In this document: positions 18,401 to 20,417 of the stretch, one piece after another
Layout of the letters: every line of letters begins with the position of its first letter
Position numbering within the stretch: the first letter of the stretch is position 1
Origin: a virus
Taxonomy: Duplodnaviria; Heunggongvirae; Uroviricota; Caudoviricetes
Virus record (IMG/VR): IMGVR_UViG_2778261646_000019
Length of the DNA: 20,417 bases
Strand: one strand, 5' to 3'
Position numbers and translations under genes: made by a program
The notes under the pieces: generated by a model
What the model saw: only the letters and a program-made list of their open reading frames with translations
What the model was told of the DNA's origin: nothing
Database searches by the model: none

Positions 18401-18529
18401 CAGACGCAGCCAGGACAAAGTGCGCAGGATATTGCGCGGGAGGTGGCACGCCAGCTTGATGAACGTGAACGCAGGCTGAAGGCAAAAGCCAGGAGTAACT
18501 ACAGCGATCAGGGGGGATACGACGCATGA
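15452..18529 (+). CDS. T: Tail tape measure protein (P2 gpT-like)
   Basis: 1025 aa; coiled-coil N-terminus, central hydrophobic Ala/Leu-rich repeats, Gly-rich C-terminal region; position after E/E'. Confidence 0.9.
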   Translation: MSDNNLRLQVILNAVDKLTRPFRSAQASSRELAAAVKKSRDAIKQLDQAGSSLDSFRKLQAENQKLGDRLNYARQRANLLSQELGAMGPPSQRQVVALGRQRLAVQRLEERQKKLQQQTALVRAELYRAGISAKDDAGATARLARETSRYNQELSKQEARLKRLGEAQRRMNAARASYARSLEVRDRIAGAGATTTAAGLAMGAPVMAAVKSYTSMEDAMKGVAKQVNGLRDDNGNRTARFYEMQDAIKAASEQLPMENGAVDFAALVEGGARMNVANPDDSWEDQKRDLLAFASTAAKAATAFELPADELSESLGKIAQLYKIPTRNIEQLGDALNYLDDNAMSKGADIIDVMQRLGGVADRLDYRKAAALGSTFLTLGAAPEVAASAANAMVCELSIATMQSKSFFEGMNLLKLNPEVIEKQMTKDAMGTIQRVLEKVNALPQDKRLSAMTMLFGKEFGDDAAKLANNLPELQRQLKLTAGNDALGSMQKESDINKDSLSAQWLLVKTGAQNTFSSLGETLRQPLMDILYMVKSVTGALRRWVEANPELTGTLMKASAVVAAVTVGLGTLAVALAAVLGPLAVIRLGFSVLGIKTLSSVTAAVTRTSSALSWLAGAPLALLRRGLASSGNAAGLLTAPLSSLRRTASLTGNVLKTVAGAPVALLRSGLSGLRAVAVMFMNPLAVLRGGLAAAGAVLRVLASGPLAMLRVALYAISGLLGALLSPIGLVVTALAGVALVVWKYWQPITAFLGGVVEGFKAAAGPISAAFEPLKPVFQWIGDKVQALWGWFTDLLTPVKSTSAELQSAAAMGRRFGEALAEGLNMVMHPLDSLKSGVSWLLEKLGIVSKEAAKAKLPESVTRQQPATVNADGKVMMPSGGFPSWGYGFAGMYDSGGYIPRGQFGIVGENGPEIVNGPANVTSRRNTAALAAVVAGMMGVAAAPAELPPLHPLALPAKGGEAIVSRAATVPLVQRIEAPTQIIIQTQPGQSAQDIAREVARQLDERERRLKAKARSNYSDQGGYDA
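17290..17620 (+). repeat. Degenerate tandem repeats (about 20-22 codons each) within the tape measure gene
   Basis: Protein motifs GAPLALLRRGL / TAPLSSLRRTASL / GAPVALLRSGLSGL / NPLAVLRGGLAAAG / GPLAMLRVALYAISGL recur in series. Confidence 0.5.
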
Positions 18530-19011
18530 TGATGGTGCTGGGATTGTACGTGTTTATGCTGCGCACCGTTCCGTATCAGGAACTGCAGTATCAACGCAGC
18601 TGGCGACATGCGGCAAACAGTCGGGTAAACCGACGTCCGTCCACGCAGTTTCTGGGACCGGAAAACGACATGCTGACGCTTTCCGGTGTTCTTATGCCGG
18701 AAATAACAGGCGGCAGGCTGTCGTTGCTGGCACTGGAGCAGATGGCAGAACAGGGGAAAGCATGGCCCCTGATTGAAGGCAGCGGCACGATTTACGGCAT
18801 GTATGTGATTGAGGGACTGAATCAGACTAAAACGGAGTTTTTCCGCGACGGTATGCCGCGCCGGATTGAGTTCACCCTGTCGCTCAAACGAGTGGATGAA
18901 TCCCTGTCCGATATGTTCGGTGATCTCAGTGCGCAACTGAATAATCTGCAGGACACGGCAACGTCTGCCTTAAGCGATATCAGTAAAACGGTGGGAGGGC
19001 TGCTGTCGTGA
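18526..19011 (+). CDS. U: Tail protein (P2 gpU-like)
   Basis: 161 aa (P2 U is 159 aa); ATGA overlap with T. Confidence 0.85.
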   Translation: MMMVLGLYVFMLRTVPYQELQYQRSWRHAANSRVNRRPSTQFLGPENDMLTLSGVLMPEITGGRLSLLALEQMAEQGKAWPLIEGSGTIYGMYVIEGLNQTKTEFFRDGMPRRIEFTLSLKRVDESLSDMFGDLSAQLNNLQDTATSALSDISKTVGGLLS

Positions 19012-20108
19012 ATTTCAGCTCTGAACTGCTTAACAAAGGCAACAAAACTCCCGCATTCAGCATCAGTATTGAGGGCAGGGATATCACCACTGTGCTGGAT
19101 AACCGCCTGATGAGTTTGACGCTGACGGATAACCGGGGCTTTGAAGCGGACCAGCTTGATCTGGAGCTGGATGACGCTGACGGAAAAATCGTGCTGCCGC
19201 GCCGTGGTGCGGTTATTACGCTGGCGCTGGGCTGGAAGGGGCAGCCGCTTTTCCCGAAAGGGGCATTCACAGTGGACGAGATTGAACACACTGGCGCACC
19301 GGACCGCCTGACTATCCGGGCGCGAAGTGCTGATTTTCGGGAAACGCTGAATACCCGCCGTGAAAAATCGTGGCATAAGACCACCGTCGGGGAAGTGGTG
19401 AAGGAAATAGCCGCGCGGCACAAGCTGAAGATGGCACTGGGTAAAGACCTGTCGGATAAGCCCGTGGAGCATATAGACCAGACTAATGAGAGTGACGGCA
19501 GTTTTCTGATGCGGCTGGCGCGACAGTACGGTGCCATCGCGTCGGTGAAAAATGGCAATCTGTTATTCATCCGGCAGGGGCAGGGCAAAAGCGCCACTGG
19601 TAAACCTCTGCCAGTGATCACTATCACACGCAAGGACGGCGACAGTCACCGATTTACCCTGGCAGATCGCGGAGCCTACACGGGCGTAATTGCCAGCTGG
19701 TTGCATACCCGCGAACCTGCGAAGAAAGAAAGCACCACGGTGAAGCGTAAGCGCAGAACTAAGAAGCAGAAGAAAGAGCCAGAAGCGAAGCAGGGCGATT
19801 ACCTGGTGGGTACGGATGAAAACGTGCTGGTACTTAATCGCACTTATGCCAACCGGAGCAACGCCGAACGAGCGGCGAAAATGCAGTGGGAACGCCTGCA
19901 ACGCGGCGTTGCGTCATTTTCGCTACAACTGGCAGAAGGGCGGGCAGATCTCTACACGGAAATGCCTGTGAAGGTCAGTGGTTTTAAACAGCCGATAGAT
20001 GATGCGGAATGGACCATTACGACTCTGACACATACCGTCAGCCCGGATAACGGTTTTACAACCAGTCTGGAGCTTGAAGTGAGGATTGATGATTTCGAAA
20101 TGGAATGA
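19008..20108 (+). CDS. D: Tail protein D (P2 gpD-like, late control/baseplate hub)
   Basis: 366 aa; GTG start overlapping the U stop; synteny U-D-ogr. Confidence 0.85.
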   Translation: MNFSSELLNKGNKTPAFSISIEGRDITTVLDNRLMSLTLTDNRGFEADQLDLELDDADGKIVLPRRGAVITLALGWKGQPLFPKGAFTVDEIEHTGAPDRLTIRARSADFRETLNTRREKSWHKTTVGEVVKEIAARHKLKMALGKDLSDKPVEHIDQTNESDGSFLMRLARQYGAIASVKNGNLLFIRQGQGKSATGKPLPVITITRKDGDSHRFTLADRGAYTGVIASWLHTREPAKKESTTVKRKRRTKKQKKEPEAKQGDYLVGTDENVLVLNRTYANRSNAERAAKMQWERLQRGVASFSLQLAEGRADLYTEMPVKVSGFKQPIDDAEWTITTLTHTVSPDNGFTTSLELEVRIDDFEME

Positions 20109-20134
20109 TTCTTCGCAATGGAGAACTTTTAAGT

Positions 20135-20162
20135 TTGCAAAATGGAATAATGCGGTATCATT
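20135..20162 (+). promoter_or_regulatory. Candidate sigma70 promoter for ogr (-35 TTGCAA, 15-16 bp spacer, -10 TATCAT/ATCATT)
   Basis: Hexamers read directly in the AT-rich D-ogr intergenic region, about 40 bp upstream of the ogr start. Confidence 0.35.
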
Positions 20163-20198
20163 ATTGTGAATTTAGCAAAAATGGGGAGAGCTCGAAAA

Positions 20199-20417
20199 AT
20201 GATGATTTGCCCACTGTGTGGAAGTGCCGCCCATACTCGCAGCAGTTTTCAGGTATCTTCATTGACCAAAGAGCGTTACAACCAGTGCCAGAACATTAAC
20301 TGCAGCCATACTTTTGTTACCCATGAAACTTTTGTTCGTTCGATTGCAACGCCAAAAGAGTCAAATCCGGTTCAGCCGCATCCAATGAAATCAGGACAGG
20401 TGGCGCTCTCTCTTTGA
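20199..20417 (+). CDS. ogr: Late transcription activator Ogr (zinc-finger)
   Basis: 72 aa from the ATG at 20199 (GGGGAGAG RBS upstream); C-X2-C-X22-C-X4-C zinc-binding motif (CPLCG...CQNINC) and a sequence closely resembling P2 Ogr; the stop codon is the last 3 bases of the window. Confidence 0.9.
   Translation: MMICPLCGSAAHTRSSFQVSSLTKERYNQCQNINCSHTFVTHETFVRSIATPKESNPVQPHPMKSGQVALSL

Noticed and set aside
20105-20299. 64-aa ORF overlapping the D-ogr intergenic region and the ogr start
   Set aside because: Out of frame with the conserved ogr zinc-finger ORF and located in an AT-rich promoter region; most likely non-coding.
1-20417. Looked for a CRISPR array, tRNA or other RNA genes, and a defence or toxin-antitoxin cargo island
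   Set aside because: No spacer-repeat array or tRNA-like structure was noticed, and every gap of 60 bp or more between conserved genes is accounted for by promoters or the IS end; the only non-P2 coding content is the invertase and the IS fragment.

Overview
This window is almost entirely the late (morphogenesis and lysis) region of a P2-like (Peduovirus-type) myovirus prophage, in canonical P2 gene order. Portal Q and large terminase P run leftward; then rightward come O (scaffold), N (capsid), M (small terminase), L, X, a pinholin/SAR-endolysin lysis cassette with LysA-like/LysB/LysC, R, S, baseplate V-W-J-I, tail fibre H, then FI, FII, E/E' (with -1 frameshift), T (tape measure), U, D and ogr. 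Three Ogr-type TGT-N12-ACA late-promoter dyads sit at the operon heads (upstream of O, V and FI). Two things depart from P2. (1) The left edge carries the end of an IS3-family insertion sequence (terminal inverted repeat plus the first 24 codons of orfA) only 75 bp beyond the portal gene. (2) The H gene stops at 359 aa (P2 H is about 669 aa) inside a hix/gix-like crossover site, and is followed directly by a Pin/Gin/Hin-family serine DNA invertase, with no invertible segment, no receptor-binding C-terminus and no G chaperone before the FI promoter. This looks like a collapsed tail-fibre inversion switch. I see no clear novel defence or cargo system in this window; the H-FI junction is where one would look, and it holds only the invertase. 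All calls rest on reading the sequence and recalled protein-family similarity; no database search was run.
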